From Candidatus Omnitrophota bacterium (GTDB taxonomy: Bacteria > Omnitrophota > Gorgyraeia > Gygaellales > Gygaellaceae), in the NCBI GenBank assembly GCA_018400015.1, contig JAGYNB010000001.1:134815-198814 (forward strand): a stretch of DNA of 64,000 nt, in the 5' to 3' direction. Below, one piece after another: positions 1 through 11,032 of the stretch (position 1 is its first letter; each line of letters begins with the position of its first letter). The position numbers were made by a program, and so were the translations under genes. The notes beneath the pieces are model-generated. The model was not told where the DNA came from. It saw only the letters and a program-made list of their open reading frames with translations, and made no database searches.

Positions 1-186
1 ATAATTATTATAAGCGTGATCATGGGTTTTGTAGTGAATTACTCGTGGCAAAATTTTATGTTTACGAATCAGGTTATTAAGCTTGTGATTGTGCTGTGTA
101 TTGGATCGGTTAGTTTTTTAGTTCTAAGTCTGCCGTTTAAAGTTGATGTCACCAGAAGATTTATCTTATGGACAAGAAAAAGATAA
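1..186 (+). CDS. C-terminal fragment of a membrane protein, probably the lipid II flippase MurJ (truncated by window edge)
   Basis: Open frame 1 (IIIISVIMGFVVNYSW...IGSVSFLVLSLPFKVDVTRRFILWTRKR*) with two hydrophobic helices and a basic tail resembling MurJ C-termini; overlaps the uvrC start. Confidence 0.5.
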   Translation: MIIISVIMGFVVNYSWQNFMFTNQVIKLVIVLCIGSVSFLVLSLPFKVDVTRRFILWTRKR

Positions 187-1391
187 AATCCCTTCCTGAT
201 GCTCCCGGAGTATATATGATGAGGAATGGTAGAAAACGCATCATATATATCGGTAAAGCAAAATCATTGAGAAAAAGAGTCAGCCAATATTTTAGGAAAA
301 AGTCTGTCTTGGACATAAAAACCGCTAAAATGGTCGGGTATATCCAAAACATTGATTTTATAACTACCGCTACAGAAGATCAGGCATTGATTCTGGAAGC
401 AATGCTTATTCGTAAATACAGACCTTATTACAATATTGAACTTAGAGATGATAAAAGTTTCCCTTTTGTTATGATTACAAAAGACAGATTCCCGCGTGTT
501 TTTATTGTGCGCCCCAAGGAGAAAATAGATGCATTTTATTTCGGTCCATTTACGAGCGCAAATTTATTGCGTAATTGTTTAAAACAGATAAGAAGAATAT
601 TCAGTTTTTGTACATGCAAAAATCCAAAAAAGAGCTGTCTTTATTCCAAGATCGGACTTTGCCCGGGGGCAGATATAAAAGGTAAGAAATTAGTAAGTTA
701 TAAAAGGAACATAAAAAACCTTAGGCTTTTTTTAGAAGGTAAAAACGATAAGCTCTTAGCTGGGTTAAATCAACAGATGCTTGTTGCCAGCCGTAAGAAA
801 GATTATGAAACCGCTATTAGAATAAGGGATCAGATAAGATCTTTCAGCAATCTTACCCAGAATAAAGACATAACTATATTAGAACAGCTTAAGAAAAGCC
901 TGCATCTTAAGAAAATTCCTTTTAGGATTGAGGCGTTTGATATCTCTAACACTTCAGGTACATTTGCAACTGGTGCGATGGTAAGTTTTTTAAATGGTCT
1001 GTACGATAAAAATAACTACAGAAGATTTAAGATTAAGAGTGTTTCAAAAATAGATGATTATGCAATGCTTAAAGAAGTATTGTTACGCCGCTATAGAAGG
1101 GTGATAAAGCAGTCTTTAACGCTACCCGACTTGATTGTTGTTGATGGAGGAAAAGGACAACTTGCTTGCGCAAAGGAGGTTTTAGAGGAGTTGAAGCTCG
1201 ACATAGATTTAATCTCTATAGCCAAAAAAGAGGAAGAGATATTTACACCTATAAGAAACAAGGCTGTTGTTTTGCCTTTTGATTCAAGTAGTTTGCAGTT
1301 TTTAAGGTGCGTGCGCGATGAGGTGCACAGATTTGCGATTAGTTACCATAAACTATTAAGAAAAAAAGGTTTTTTAAGTGAGAAAAAATAG
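168..1391 (+). CDS. uvrC: Excinuclease ABC subunit C, short form without C-terminal HhH domain
   Basis: GIY-YIG (PGVY...IYIGKA), Cys cluster, UVR helix (DYETAIRIRD), RNase H-like domain (EAFDISN, DDYAML, PDLIVVDGGKGQL, RDEVHRFA). Confidence 0.93.
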   Translation: MDKKKIKSLPDAPGVYMMRNGRKRIIYIGKAKSLRKRVSQYFRKKSVLDIKTAKMVGYIQNIDFITTATEDQALILEAMLIRKYRPYYNIELRDDKSFPFVMITKDRFPRVFIVRPKEKIDAFYFGPFTSANLLRNCLKQIRRIFSFCTCKNPKKSCLYSKIGLCPGADIKGKKLVSYKRNIKNLRLFLEGKNDKLLAGLNQQMLVASRKKDYETAIRIRDQIRSFSNLTQNKDITILEQLKKSLHLKKIPFRIEAFDISNTSGTFATGAMVSFLNGLYDKNNYRRFKIKSVSKIDDYAMLKEVLLRRYRRVIKQSLTLPDLIVVDGGKGQLACAKEVLEELKLDIDLISIAKKEEEIFTPIRNKAVVLPFDSSSLQFLRCVRDEVHRFAISYHKLLRKKGFLSEKK

Positions 1392-1671
1392 ACAAAATAA
1401 GCTTAGTTCTTTTGATTTTGCAGTTTTTAAGGCAGTTGTTGAAATACCTTTTGCTCAGGTGAGGACTTATAAATGGGTGGCTAAAAGAATCAATCGTCCA
1501 AAGGCTGCGCGCGCTGTGGGAAACAGCCTGAATAAAAACCCTTGGCCTTTATTGGTGCCCTGCCATAGGGTTGTGCGTGCTGACAGCTCTTTAGGCGGCT
1601 ACTCAAAAGGCGAGAAAACTAAGAAAAAATTATTAGATTTAGAGAGAAAAATCAAGGATTTGATGTTATAA
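1378..1671 (+). CDS. Methylated-DNA--protein-cysteine methyltransferase (MGMT family), C-terminal domain only
   Basis: AARAVG helix-turn-helix and the PCHRV active-site motif; GTG start overlapping uvrC. Confidence 0.88.
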   Translation: MRKNRQNKLSSFDFAVFKAVVEIPFAQVRTYKWVAKRINRPKAARAVGNSLNKNPWPLLVPCHRVVRADSSLGGYSKGEKTKKKLLDLERKIKDLML

Positions 1672-1717
1672 TAAAAAGCGTTATAATTGTTTTTAGTTGT
1701 GAGTTAAGGAGAAGGCA

Positions 1718-2800
1718 ATGGATATAAAGAAATATCTTGATCAGATGGTGGAAAAGAACGCATCGGATTTATTTATCAGAGTCGGCGGTCCTGTAAGGAT
1801 GCGTATTGCCGGAAGGATATTTGCCGTGGATACAAAACCTTTGGAGCTTACGGATGTAAAACAGGCAATTAGTGATCTGACCACTCCACAGCAGCTTAAT
1901 ACTCTTGAAACCAAGCGCGACGTTGATTTTGCTATAACCATGTATGTGCGCGAATTCGACAGGCGGTTCCGCGCAAGCATTTTTCATCAGCGTAATACCC
2001 CGGCTATTGTCATCAGGCTTATAAGGAATAATATAGATACCTTTAAGGAGTTGTTGCTTCCGTCTAAGGTTTTGACTGATCTTTCACTAGAATCACGCGG
2101 GTTGATATTATTTACCGGTACCACCGGAAGCGGTAAGTCCACCACCTTGGCAAGCATGATTGAATATATAAATAGTAATTGTCAAAAGCATGTGTTGACT
2201 CTTGAAGAGCCGATCGAATTTGTATTTAGAGATAAAATCTCGATTATAAACCAAAGAGAATTAGGTATGGATGTTTCAGATTATCCTACGGCACTAAGGG
2301 CGTTTACGTTACAAAGTCCCGATGTTATTTTTATCGGTAATATCCGCGATCAGGATACGATGTTTGCAGCGATGAACGCAGCCGAGACAGGCGTGTTGGT
2401 TTTAAGCACTTTACATACTGTAAACGCAATGCAGACAATTGAACGTATTATTAATTTTTTCCCTCCTTATCAGCATAATGAGATAAGGATGCAGTTATCT
2501 TTACTTTTAAAGGGCGTTATTTCTTTAAGACTTATTCCTACAACAGACGGCTTAAATAGAGTTCCTGCCTGTGAGGTAATGGTGAATACGCCTACTGTAT
2601 CCAGGTTAATCCGCGAGGGAAAAACCTGGGAGATTCCACAGTATATCGAACAGGGAGAGCTTTTTGGCATGCAGACATTCAACCAAGCCTTGGCAAAACT
2701 TGTAAAAGAAGGTTCCATAACAGAAGAAGTTGCGTGTGATTTTTCCGACAATAAAGATGAGTTTTATCTGATGTTAAAAGGTATTAAGAAAGGACAGTAG
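1718..2800 (+). CDS. PilT/PilU-family type IV pilus ATPase with degenerate catalytic motifs
   Basis: ASDLF N-terminus, Walker A GTTGSGKST, LEEPIE, INQRE, TLHT, GMQTFNQAL; AAGGAG RBS. Confidence 0.9.
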   Translation: MDIKKYLDQMVEKNASDLFIRVGGPVRMRIAGRIFAVDTKPLELTDVKQAISDLTTPQQLNTLETKRDVDFAITMYVREFDRRFRASIFHQRNTPAIVIRLIRNNIDTFKELLLPSKVLTDLSLESRGLILFTGTTGSGKSTTLASMIEYINSNCQKHVLTLEEPIEFVFRDKISIINQRELGMDVSDYPTALRAFTLQSPDVIFIGNIRDQDTMFAAMNAAETGVLVLSTLHTVNAMQTIERIINFFPPYQHNEIRMQLSLLLKGVISLRLIPTTDGLNRVPACEVMVNTPTVSRLIREGKTWEIPQYIEQGELFGMQTFNQALAKLVKEGSITEEVACDFSDNKDEFYLMLKGIKKGQ

Positions 2801-2807
2801 TTTTATT

Positions 2808-3912
2808 ATGCGTGAGCTGATTACAAGAAACTTAGAAACATTAAAAGAAAAATTAGATTACCTACGAGGTTATCTTTGAGATAGAGAAAAAAAATGAACG
2901 CTTATGCCAGTTAAACGAACTTATTTCTAAACCTGATTTTTTTAAAGATGAAACTAATTCCAGAAAAGTTCTTACTGAATTGAAGCGTTTAAAGTCGCTT
3001 GTCAATCCTTGGCTCGAAGCCAATAATGAATTCATCGAGCTAAATGAATTATTAGAAATAGTTGAGGAAGAAGATACGAATGCTTTATCACAGTTGAATA
3101 ATGATGCTTCAGCTCTTTTAAAAAAAATAGAGGCAATGGATTTTAACCTGCTTTTTTGCGGTGAATTCGATAATAATAATTCGATTCTCAGTATCAATGC
3201 CGGAGCAGGCGGAACAGAATCTTGCGACTGGGTGAGCATGCTTTTGAGGATGTATGTAAGGTTCTGTGAAAGAAAAGGCTTCAAGGCTAAAACCGTGGAT
3301 TTACTCGAAGGCGAAGAAGCAGGAATTAAAAATGTAACACTTTTTATAACCGGAGATAATTCTTTCGGGTTTCTAAAAGCTGAGCGCGGAGTTCACCGTC
3401 TGGTGAGGATTTCACCGTTTGATTCCAATAAAAGAAGACATACTTCTTTTGCTTCGGTTGACGTAATCCCTGAGATTGAAGATGATACGGAAGTTGCTTT
3501 GGATGATAAGGATTTAAAAATCGATGTGTACCGAGCTTCTGGTAAGGGAGGCCAAGGGGTAAATACCACTGATTCGGCAGTGCGCATTACGCATTTACCC
3601 ACGGGGATTGTGGTTACTTGTCAGAACGAAAGATCGCAGTTTCAGAATAAACAGAATGCTTTAAAAGTGCTTCGAGCGAGGCTTTATGAAAAGATGCAGA
3701 GCGAGAAGGAAGAAAAGCTTCAGAAACAAGGAAGCGATAAAAGAAAAATTGAATGGGGCAGTCAGATTCGTTCTTATGTAATGCATCCGTATAATATGGT
3801 AAAAGACCACCGCACAAAGACAGAAACTTCAAACGTACAGGCAGTGATGGACGGAGAACTGGAAGAATTTATGTTCGCCTTTTTAAAACAACAAAAAAAC
3901 AACAATGATTAA
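2808..3912 (+). CDS. prfB: Peptide chain release factor 2, expressed by programmed +1 frameshift
   Basis: ATG 2808 gives [23 protein letters not shown] then CTT TGA (2874-2879); the +1 frame from 2878 is open into the 2980-3912 ORF, which has SPF and GGQ motifs. Confidence 0.96.
2866..2880 (+). other. prfB +1 frameshift cassette
   Basis: Internal SD-like GAGGT, 3-nt spacer TAT, then CTT TGA G, the canonical RF2 autoregulation layout. Confidence 0.92.
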
Positions 3913-6742
3913 ATTCTTTATGAATAAGATTATCGGTACGCAGAATAAGCGAGAAATCAAGCGCTATAGTGAAATTGTAATTAAAATAAACTCTTTTGAG
4001 GATAAGATTTCAGCTTTATCAGATGAGCAGCTGCGCGCTAAGACCGATGAATTTAAAAATAGGATTCGTTCTGGCTATGAGTCTTTAGCGAATAAAATAT
4101 CTCTTCTTGAGAAAGAATTCGAATCTTGCAGTCCGCAGGAAAGACAAAAGAAGAAGGCAGATCTAAAGAAAATCCGCAGTCAGGTTTTTGATGATATTTT
4201 ACCTGAAGCATTTGCCGTAGTCAGGGAAACAGCCAAACGAAAAATCAATATGCGTCACTTTGACGTGCAGCTTATTGGTGGGCTAGCGCTTCATGAAGGA
4301 AAGATTGCGGAAATGGTAACGGGCGAAGGCAAGACGCTTGTTGCAACCTTGCCTGCTTATTTAAATGCTCTTTTAGGTAAAGGAGTTCATATTGTAACCG
4401 TAAATGATTATTTGGCAAGAAGAGACCGCGACTGGATGGGGCCTGTTTTTGAAGAGTTGGGTTTAACTGTAGGAGTAATACAGCACGATATGCTTCCCGA
4501 CCAGAGAAAAAATGCCTATAACTGCGATATTGTTTATGGTACGAATAATGAATTTGGGTTTGATTATTTAAGGGATAATATGGTTATCGATAAGCGCGAG
4601 ATGGTACAAAGGTCTTTTTATTATGCTATTGTTGATGAAGTCGATTCCATTTTAATCGATGAAGCGCGTACCCCTTTGATTATTTCCGGTCCTACCGAAG
4701 TAACCACGGATATTTATTATAAGGCAAAGGATATTGCCTCTTCTTTAAAAGGAAAACGTATAACTCAAAAAGACGAGATCAATGCCAAGTATGAGGGCAG
4801 GGACTTGTATGAAGGCGTTGATTATATTGCTGACGAAAAGGCGAATACGGTTTCGCTATCTGATGAAGCTGAAGCAAAGGTATCTTCGATGTTCGGAATA
4901 AGTTCAATTCATGATATCGACACGATAGAATACCGACATCAAATAATGGCTGCTTTAAAGGCGAAGGAATTTTTTCAGAAAGATGTCGACTATGTTATAA
5001 AAAACGGTCAGGTAATTATTGTTGACGAGTTTACCGGACGCCTCATGCCGGGAAGGCGCTGGTCTGATGGTCTGCACCAGGCAATAGAGGCAAAAGAAGG
5101 TTTAAAAATTGAAAAAGAAAATCAGACTCTTGCCACGATTACCCTGCAGAATTATTTTAGGATGTATGAAAAGCTTTCCGGTATGACCGGGACTGCTTAT
5201 ACCGAAGCAGGAGAGTTTAAACATATATATGATTTGGACGTTATCGTGGTTCCTACAAATAAACCATTGATTAGGGCAAATTATCCCGATGCGGTATATA
5301 AAAGCGAGAAGGAAAAATTCGATGCCGTTGTTGATGAAATAACCCAGTTTTATAATTCTGGTCGTCCTGTGCTTGTTGGTACGATTTCAATTGAAAGATC
5401 GGAATTTATTTCAAACATGCTTACGCAAAGAGGTATTACCCATAATATTCTCAATGCCAAGTATCATGAACGCGAAGCACATATCATTGCCCAGGCAGGA
5501 AGGTTTAAGGCTGTGACTATTGCTACGAATATGGCAGGAAGAGGAACTGATATCCTTTTAGGAGGAAACCCTGAATTTATGGCCAAAGTAATAGTTGAAC
5601 AATCCGGAATATCCGCAGAAGATGCGTCATTTAGTCAGGCCTATAAGGAAAAATTAGCGGAATTAAAACTTACGATTGATAAAGAACACGAACAGGTTGT
5701 TCAGCTTGGCGGATTGCACATTATTGGAACAGAACGTCATGAAGCAAGAAGAATCGATAATCAGCTCCGGGGTCGTTCTGGACGTCAAGGGGACCCGGGT
5801 TCATCAAGGTTTTATGTAAGTTTGGAAGATGAATTAATGCGGCTTTTCGGTTCTGATAGGCTTATTGGTCTTATGGATAAATTGGGCTTAGAAGACGGTC
5901 AAGTCATTGAACATCCATGGGTTTCCAGATCTATTGAAATGGCTCAGAAAAGAGTAGAGGGGCATAATTTCGAAATTAGAAAGCATCTGTTGGAGTATGA
6001 TAATGTGATGAATAAACAGCGCGAGATTATCTACCATCAGAGAAAAATGGTTTTAGAAGGTCAGAACATAAAGGGACAGATAGCCGATTTTAGAAATGAT
6101 GTTATTGATACTGAATTCGAGTATTTATTTCCAGAAGGATTGGAAGATAATATTGCAGATAAAATTATAAACTGGCTTTCTTTGAAGTTTAATATAGCAG
6201 TTGATAAGAAAATCATTGAGAGCTTAAACCGGACGCAGCAGAAAGAGAAAATAAAAAAGATTTTGGATTTTGCTTATACGGAAAAAGAAAAACTTTTAGG
6301 TGATGATGCGCGATTTTTAGAAAGAATGATCATGCTGCAGATAATCGACAGTAAATGGAAGGATCATCTTTATGCTATGGATTATCTGCGAGAAGGTATA
6401 GGTCTGCGTAGTTACGGCCAGAGAGACCCGTTAATAGAATATCAGAAAGAGGCGTTTAACAGTTTTCAGGAGATGATTTATTCGATTAAGCGTGAAATAA
6501 TCCAGGCTTTATTCAAGGTAAATAAAGCCAAGGAAAAAAGAGTTAAAAGCGTATTTGAGCGGATAAACCAGAATTTTGTACATGAGCAGATATCCGGGTT
6601 GGCACTTCCTGAAAAAGAAAATCCACAAAAAGAGCAAAATAAGCCTTCAGAGACATTCAAACGTTCATCTAAGAAAGTCGGCAGGAACGACCCCTGTCCT
6701 TGCGGTTCTGGTAAAAAATACAAAAAATGCTGCGGAAGTTAG
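3905..6742 (+). CDS. secA: Preprotein translocase subunit SecA
   Basis: [34 protein letters not shown] and C-terminal SEC-C motif [18 protein letters not shown]. Confidence 0.98.
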   Translation: MIKFFMNKIIGTQNKREIKRYSEIVIKINSFEDKISALSDEQLRAKTDEFKNRIRSGYESLANKISLLEKEFESCSPQERQKKKADLKKIRSQVFDDILPEAFAVVRETAKRKINMRHFDVQLIGGLALHEGKIAEMVTGEGKTLVATLPAYLNALLGKGVHIVTVNDYLARRDRDWMGPVFEELGLTVGVIQHDMLPDQRKNAYNCDIVYGTNNEFGFDYLRDNMVIDKREMVQRSFYYAIVDEVDSILIDEARTPLIISGPTEVTTDIYYKAKDIASSLKGKRITQKDEINAKYEGRDLYEGVDYIADEKANTVSLSDEAEAKVSSMFGISSIHDIDTIEYRHQIMAALKAKEFFQKDVDYVIKNGQVIIVDEFTGRLMPGRRWSDGLHQAIEAKEGLKIEKENQTLATITLQNYFRMYEKLSGMTGTAYTEAGEFKHIYDLDVIVVPTNKPLIRANYPDAVYKSEKEKFDAVVDEITQFYNSGRPVLVGTISIERSEFISNMLTQRGITHNILNAKYHEREAHIIAQAGRFKAVTIATNMAGRGTDILLGGNPEFMAKVIVEQSGISAEDASFSQAYKEKLAELKLTIDKEHEQVVQLGGLHIIGTERHEARRIDNQLRGRSGRQGDPGSSRFYVSLEDELMRLFGSDRLIGLMDKLGLEDGQVIEHPWVSRSIEMAQKRVEGHNFEIRKHLLEYDNVMNKQREIIYHQRKMVLEGQNIKGQIADFRNDVIDTEFEYLFPEGLEDNIADKIINWLSLKFNIAVDKKIIESLNRTQQKEKIKKILDFAYTEKEKLLGDDARFLERMIMLQIIDSKWKDHLYAMDYLREGIGLRSYGQRDPLIEYQKEAFNSFQEMIYSIKREIIQALFKVNKAKEKRVKSVFERINQNFVHEQISGLALPEKENPQKEQNKPSETFKRSSKKVGRNDPCPCGSGKKYKKCCGS

Positions 6743-8244
6743 AGTTGTTTAAAAATATGCTGCTATCTTTGTTAACTGCTTTTATTTTAGCTTTGTCTTT
6801 TCCTATTTTTGATTTCCCTATTCTTGCCTGGGTAGCTTTTGTTCCATTATTTTTTATATTAGAAAACAATAGGCCGAGAAACAGCTTTATTTTAGGTTTT
6901 TTTGCAGGTTCAGTTTTCTGGTTGGCTATAATCTATTGGCTAAAGTATGTTACCTGGCTGGGATTAGTGTTATTGAGCGTTTATCTTGCAGTATATTTTG
7001 CTTTGTTCAGTCTTTTCACTTCGCAGATTTTAAGATCTAAAAAGAAAGGACTTTTCTTAATACCGGCTGTTTGGGTCGTTTTGGAATTTATCAGGGCCAA
7101 TATACTAAGCGGATTCGGCTGGGCGCTTTTAGGTTATTCACAGTATAAAAACATTTTAATTATTCAGTTCGCTGATTTGATCGGAAGTTTCGGGGTGTCA
7201 TTTTTGGTAATGTTGGTTAATGTGTTTATATATTTACTCCTTAAAAGCATAGTTGCAAAAAATGTTATAATCTCGAGAAAACAAATATCAATTGTTTTAC
7301 TCGTTATTGTTTTGGTAATTGCTTACGGTATAGTGAAATTGGGTAGTAAAGAAGAATATTCTTCTTATAGAATTGGTATTGTTCAGGGTAATATCGCACA
7401 GGATAAAAAATGGGATAGTGCATTATCAAAAGAAATATTTTCTAAATATAGCCAGCTTACCCATTCAGCAATCCTAGATGAACCCGATTTAATAATCTGG
7501 CCGGAGACTGCACTGCCCTTTTACGTAAATCTGGACAAAGATAATCTTAAAAATATAAAAGACCTGCTAAGTATTTTTAAAAAACCAATACTCATAGGGT
7601 CTATTTTATTTAAGGATAATGATTTTTATAATAGCGCCTTGCTTTTTAATTATGGCGAACTGCAGCGATATGATAAGATCCATCTTGTGCCGTTCGGTGA
7701 GTATATACCTTTTCGAGAAAAGTTTCCTTTTCTGGAGGCGATAGTTAATATGGTTATGCCCATAGAGGATTTAAAGTTTGGGCAAAGCTACACTATTTTT
7801 GATACAGGGATAAAACTAGGCGCGCTTATTTGTTTTGAGGATACAGCAAGTTATCTATCGCGGAATTTCGTAAGAGGCGGTGCGCAGTTATTGGTGAATA
7901 TTACTAATGACGCCTGGTTTATGGACTCTTCAAGCCCTTATCAGCACCTGCAGGCTTCAGTTTTTCGGGCAGTGGAAAATAGAGTTCCTCTGGTCAGATG
8001 TGCTAATACGGGAGTGAGCTGTTTTATTAATAAAAACGGGTTGATCAGTTCTTCTGTAAAAGACAAACAGGGAAAAATGACTTTTAGTGACGGATATTTA
8101 GTAAAGGAAATTAAAATAAGCAAAAACCAGGATCTTAGTTTTTATAATAGATACCCGTTTATACTAATTTTCCTTTGTGTATTTTTAATTGTCCATAGGT
8201 TTATTATATATCTCCTAGATTCTAGAATCAAGAAAGGAGCTTGA
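6727..8244 (+). CDS. lnt: Apolipoprotein N-acyltransferase (start may be ATG 6757)
   Basis: Multiple TM helices plus nitrilase-fold motifs [42 protein letters not shown]. Confidence 0.95.
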   Translation: MLRKLELFKNMLLSLLTAFILALSFPIFDFPILAWVAFVPLFFILENNRPRNSFILGFFAGSVFWLAIIYWLKYVTWLGLVLLSVYLAVYFALFSLFTSQILRSKKKGLFLIPAVWVVLEFIRANILSGFGWALLGYSQYKNILIIQFADLIGSFGVSFLVMLVNVFIYLLLKSIVAKNVIISRKQISIVLLVIVLVIAYGIVKLGSKEEYSSYRIGIVQGNIAQDKKWDSALSKEIFSKYSQLTHSAILDEPDLIIWPETALPFYVNLDKDNLKNIKDLLSIFKKPILIGSILFKDNDFYNSALLFNYGELQRYDKIHLVPFGEYIPFREKFPFLEAIVNMVMPIEDLKFGQSYTIFDTGIKLGALICFEDTASYLSRNFVRGGAQLLVNITNDAWFMDSSSPYQHLQASVFRAVENRVPLVRCANTGVSCFINKNGLISSSVKDKQGKMTFSDGYLVKEIKISKNQDLSFYNRYPFILIFLCVFLIVHRFIIYLLDSRIKKGA

Positions 8245-8247
8245 TTT

Positions 8248-8733
8248 ATGGAGCTAAAAACAATAAAGATTAAGAAAAATGATACCGATAATATCATTAT
8301 AGGACAGGCGCATTTTATAAAAACCGTAGAAGACCTATACGAGGTATTGGTAAGCAGTGTTCCGGGAATCAAGTTTGGCCTTGCTTTTTCTGAAGCTTCA
8401 GGTGCGTGCCTGGTGAGAAGCGAAGGAACGGATAATGAACTTAAGAAACTTGCTGAGGAAAATGCGCTTAATGTAGCTGCGGGTCATTCTTTTTATATAA
8501 TACTGCGCGATACATACCCGATAAATGTTTTAAATGCGATAAAAAATATCCAAGAGGTCTGTAGGGTTTTTTGTGCCACGGCCAATCCTTTGGAGGTTTT
8601 GGTAGCTGAAATAAAAACAGGCCGTGGTATTATCGGTGTGATAGACGGTTCGTCTCCAGTGGGGGTTGAGTCAGAACAGGATATCCGCTGGCGCAAGGAT
8701 TTACTACGTGAAATAGGCTATAAGAGAGACTAA
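8248..8733 (+). CDS. Adenosine-specific kinase family protein (DUF355-type)
   Basis: GQAHFIKTVEDLYE, FGLAFSEASG, GHSF, CATANP and GRGIIGVIDG family motifs. Confidence 0.85.
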   Translation: MELKTIKIKKNDTDNIIIGQAHFIKTVEDLYEVLVSSVPGIKFGLAFSEASGACLVRSEGTDNELKKLAEENALNVAAGHSFYIILRDTYPINVLNAIKNIQEVCRVFCATANPLEVLVAEIKTGRGIIGVIDGSSPVGVESEQDIRWRKDLLREIGYKRD

Positions 8734-8740
8734 ATTTTTC

Positions 8741-8778
8741 TTGAAAACAGAAGCCAATTTGTTATAATTTTGTATAAT
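8741..8778 (+). promoter_or_regulatory. Putative sigma70 promoter for the acyltransferase-permease-bioY unit
   Basis: TTGAAA-16-TATAAT (8763-8768) and a second TATAAT at 8773-8778. Confidence 0.5.
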
Positions 8779-8789
8779 TTACAATAGCT

Positions 8790-9707
8790 ATGACAATAAA
8801 AAATAAATTAAGGGCATTCAGAAGAACCTTAGGATACATTTTTTTGCAGTTTGTGTTCTGGGTGGTATATTTTATCCCGCTGGACTGGCTTAAGGCTTTT
8901 GCTAAGCTTTTGGCGAAGACAGGATATTACCTGTTTTATAAACATAGAAACTTGGCTATGCATAGCCTTGAAATTGCTTTTGGTAAAGAACTTGATAGTG
9001 AAAAGAAGAAGACGATCGCAAAGGATTCGTTTCGATATATGCTTGAGGGGGCATTTGAGCTGCTTTATTGTGGAAGACATCTAGACGTAGTTAAACGCAT
9101 TGTAAGGGTCCAAGGAATAGAGAATCTTACTAGTGCCTTGGCGAAAAAAAGAGGCGTAATAGCAGTAACTGCACATTTCGGTAATTTTCCTGTAATGCAG
9201 TTTAAACTTGCCCAGGAAGGTTACCAGGTAAATTCTATTATTAGGCATATGAGAGACCCTTTAGCGGATAAGTTTTTTCTTCAAAAACGCAATGACTGGG
9301 GGGTTAAAACCATATACAAAGAACCGCGTACAGCCTGCGTTAACCAGAGCATAAAATCATTAAAGAATAACGAGATTCTTTTTATTCTTCTTGATCAAAA
9401 TTTCGGCACGGGAGGAGTATTTGTTAATTTTTTCAATAGAAAAGCAGCCACGGCAACCGGTCCGGTTATTTTAGCACAAAGAACCAATGCGGTGATTCTG
9501 CCGATGTTTATCGTTCATGACCAGACTGGAAAACATGTGCTTTTGATAGATAAAGAATTCGAGCTTATTAACTCAGCTGATAAAAAACAAACTATCCAGG
9601 TAAATACACAGCGTTTGACAGATATTATCGAAAGTTATATCAGAAAATATCCTGCGGAGTGGAGCTGGATACATAAGCGCTGGAAAACACAACCTAAAAC
9701 TGCATAG
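8790..9707 (+). CDS. Lipid A late acyltransferase (LpxL/HtrB-like lysophospholipid acyltransferase)
   Basis: TAHFGNF, LLDQN, FVNFF, YPAEWSWIHKRWK. Confidence 0.88.
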   Translation: MTIKNKLRAFRRTLGYIFLQFVFWVVYFIPLDWLKAFAKLLAKTGYYLFYKHRNLAMHSLEIAFGKELDSEKKKTIAKDSFRYMLEGAFELLYCGRHLDVVKRIVRVQGIENLTSALAKKRGVIAVTAHFGNFPVMQFKLAQEGYQVNSIIRHMRDPLADKFFLQKRNDWGVKTIYKEPRTACVNQSIKSLKNNEILFILLDQNFGTGGVFVNFFNRKAATATGPVILAQRTNAVILPMFIVHDQTGKHVLLIDKEFELINSADKKQTIQVNTQRLTDIIESYIRKYPAEWSWIHKRWKTQPKTA

Positions 9708-11032
9708 TGAAAAAACTTTTAGATAAGATTTTTAAACTGCGCGAAAACCATACTGATATCCGTACAGAGATTTTTGGTGGTCTGACTACGTTTTTTACGA
9801 TGAGTTATATAATTTTTGTCCAGCCGGCGCTTTTATCAAAATGCGGAATGGATTTTGGTGCGGTTATGGCTGCTACATGCATTGCTTCTGCTGTGGCAAT
9901 TATTTTGATGGCGTTTCTGGCAAATTATCCAATAGCTTTGGCTCCGGCAATGGGGCACAATGTATTTTTTGTGTTTATTATCTGTTTGGGCATGGGTGTT
10001 CCCTGGCAGACAGCTTTAGGGATAAATTTTATTTCCGGAGCGATATTTGTTATTTTTGCTTTTTTTGGATTAAGGGCAAAGATCATCAACGCAATCCCGC
10101 AGTCTTTAAGAAACGCAATTGCCGTAGGTATAGGTTTGTTGATTGCCTTTATTGGTTTTCAATGGGCAGGGTTAGTTAAATATTCACCCGGGACAATAGT
10201 ATCTTTAGGGGATATTAAAAGTAAAGTTGCGGTTGTCTCCATAATCGGTACTTTGATAACGGCAATACTTTGGGCTCGCGGTAAAAAAGCAGCGATATTC
10301 ATAGGTATAGTTGTTAGTTGTTTTGTAGGGATAGTTTTTGGTATTGTACAATTTAAAGGTATTTTTGCAAAAGTTCCATCGTTAATGCCCACATTTTTAA
10401 AACTGGATATACTCTCAGCTTTTAGGTGGGAATATCTGGGGGTAATATTTGTTTTGTTCTTTCTTGATTTATTTGATACCGTGGGAACGCTTATAGGCGT
10501 TAGCGAAGAAGCAGGTTTTATTAAAGACGGATATTTGCCAAGAGCAAAACAGGCTTTTTTAGCCGATGCCGGCGGAACGATAACGGGTACGCTGCTTGGG
10601 ACTTCAACAGTTACAAGTTATATCGAAAGCTCCTCTGGTGTTGCCGCAGGTGCACGTACTGGTTTGGCCAATATAGTAACAGCGATTTTGTTTTTATTGT
10701 CCTTGTTTTTACTGCCTGTTGTAGATATGATTGGCGGAGGGTATAAAGTTGGCTCGACAGTGTTTTATCCTGTCATTGCTCCGGCACTCATTATTGTGGG
10801 ATGCATTATGATAAAACTAGTAAAAAAAATAGATTGGCAGGACGCTACAGAAGCAATACCTGCTTTTGTAACGATGATGGTGATGCCGTTTAGTTTTAGT
10901 ATTACAGAAGGCATAGCATTTGGTTTTATCACTTACAGCGTATTAAAGGTATTCACCGGACGCGCAAAGCAAGTACACTGGTTGATTTATTTATTCACAA
11001 TTTTATTTATAGCGAGGTATATATTACTATGA
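9707..11032 (+). CDS. NCS2/AzgA-family purine (guanine/hypoxanthine/adenine) permease
   Basis: GLTTFFTMSYIIFV, APAMG, DLFDTVGTL, YIESSSGVAAGARTGL. Confidence 0.92.
   Translation: MKKLLDKIFKLRENHTDIRTEIFGGLTTFFTMSYIIFVQPALLSKCGMDFGAVMAATCIASAVAIILMAFLANYPIALAPAMGHNVFFVFIICLGMGVPWQTALGINFISGAIFVIFAFFGLRAKIINAIPQSLRNAIAVGIGLLIAFIGFQWAGLVKYSPGTIVSLGDIKSKVAVVSIIGTLITAILWARGKKAAIFIGIVVSCFVGIVFGIVQFKGIFAKVPSLMPTFLKLDILSAFRWEYLGVIFVLFFLDLFDTVGTLIGVSEEAGFIKDGYLPRAKQAFLADAGGTITGTLLGTSTVTSYIESSSGVAAGARTGLANIVTAILFLLSLFLLPVVDMIGGGYKVGSTVFYPVIAPALIIVGCIMIKLVKKIDWQDATEAIPAFVTMMVMPFSFSITEGIAFGFITYSVLKVFTGRAKQVHWLIYLFTILFIARYILL

Noticed and set aside
2980-3912. ORF-track RF2 starting at TTG 2980, or a prfB pseudogene
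   Set aside because: Explained by the programmed +1 frameshift from ATG 2808
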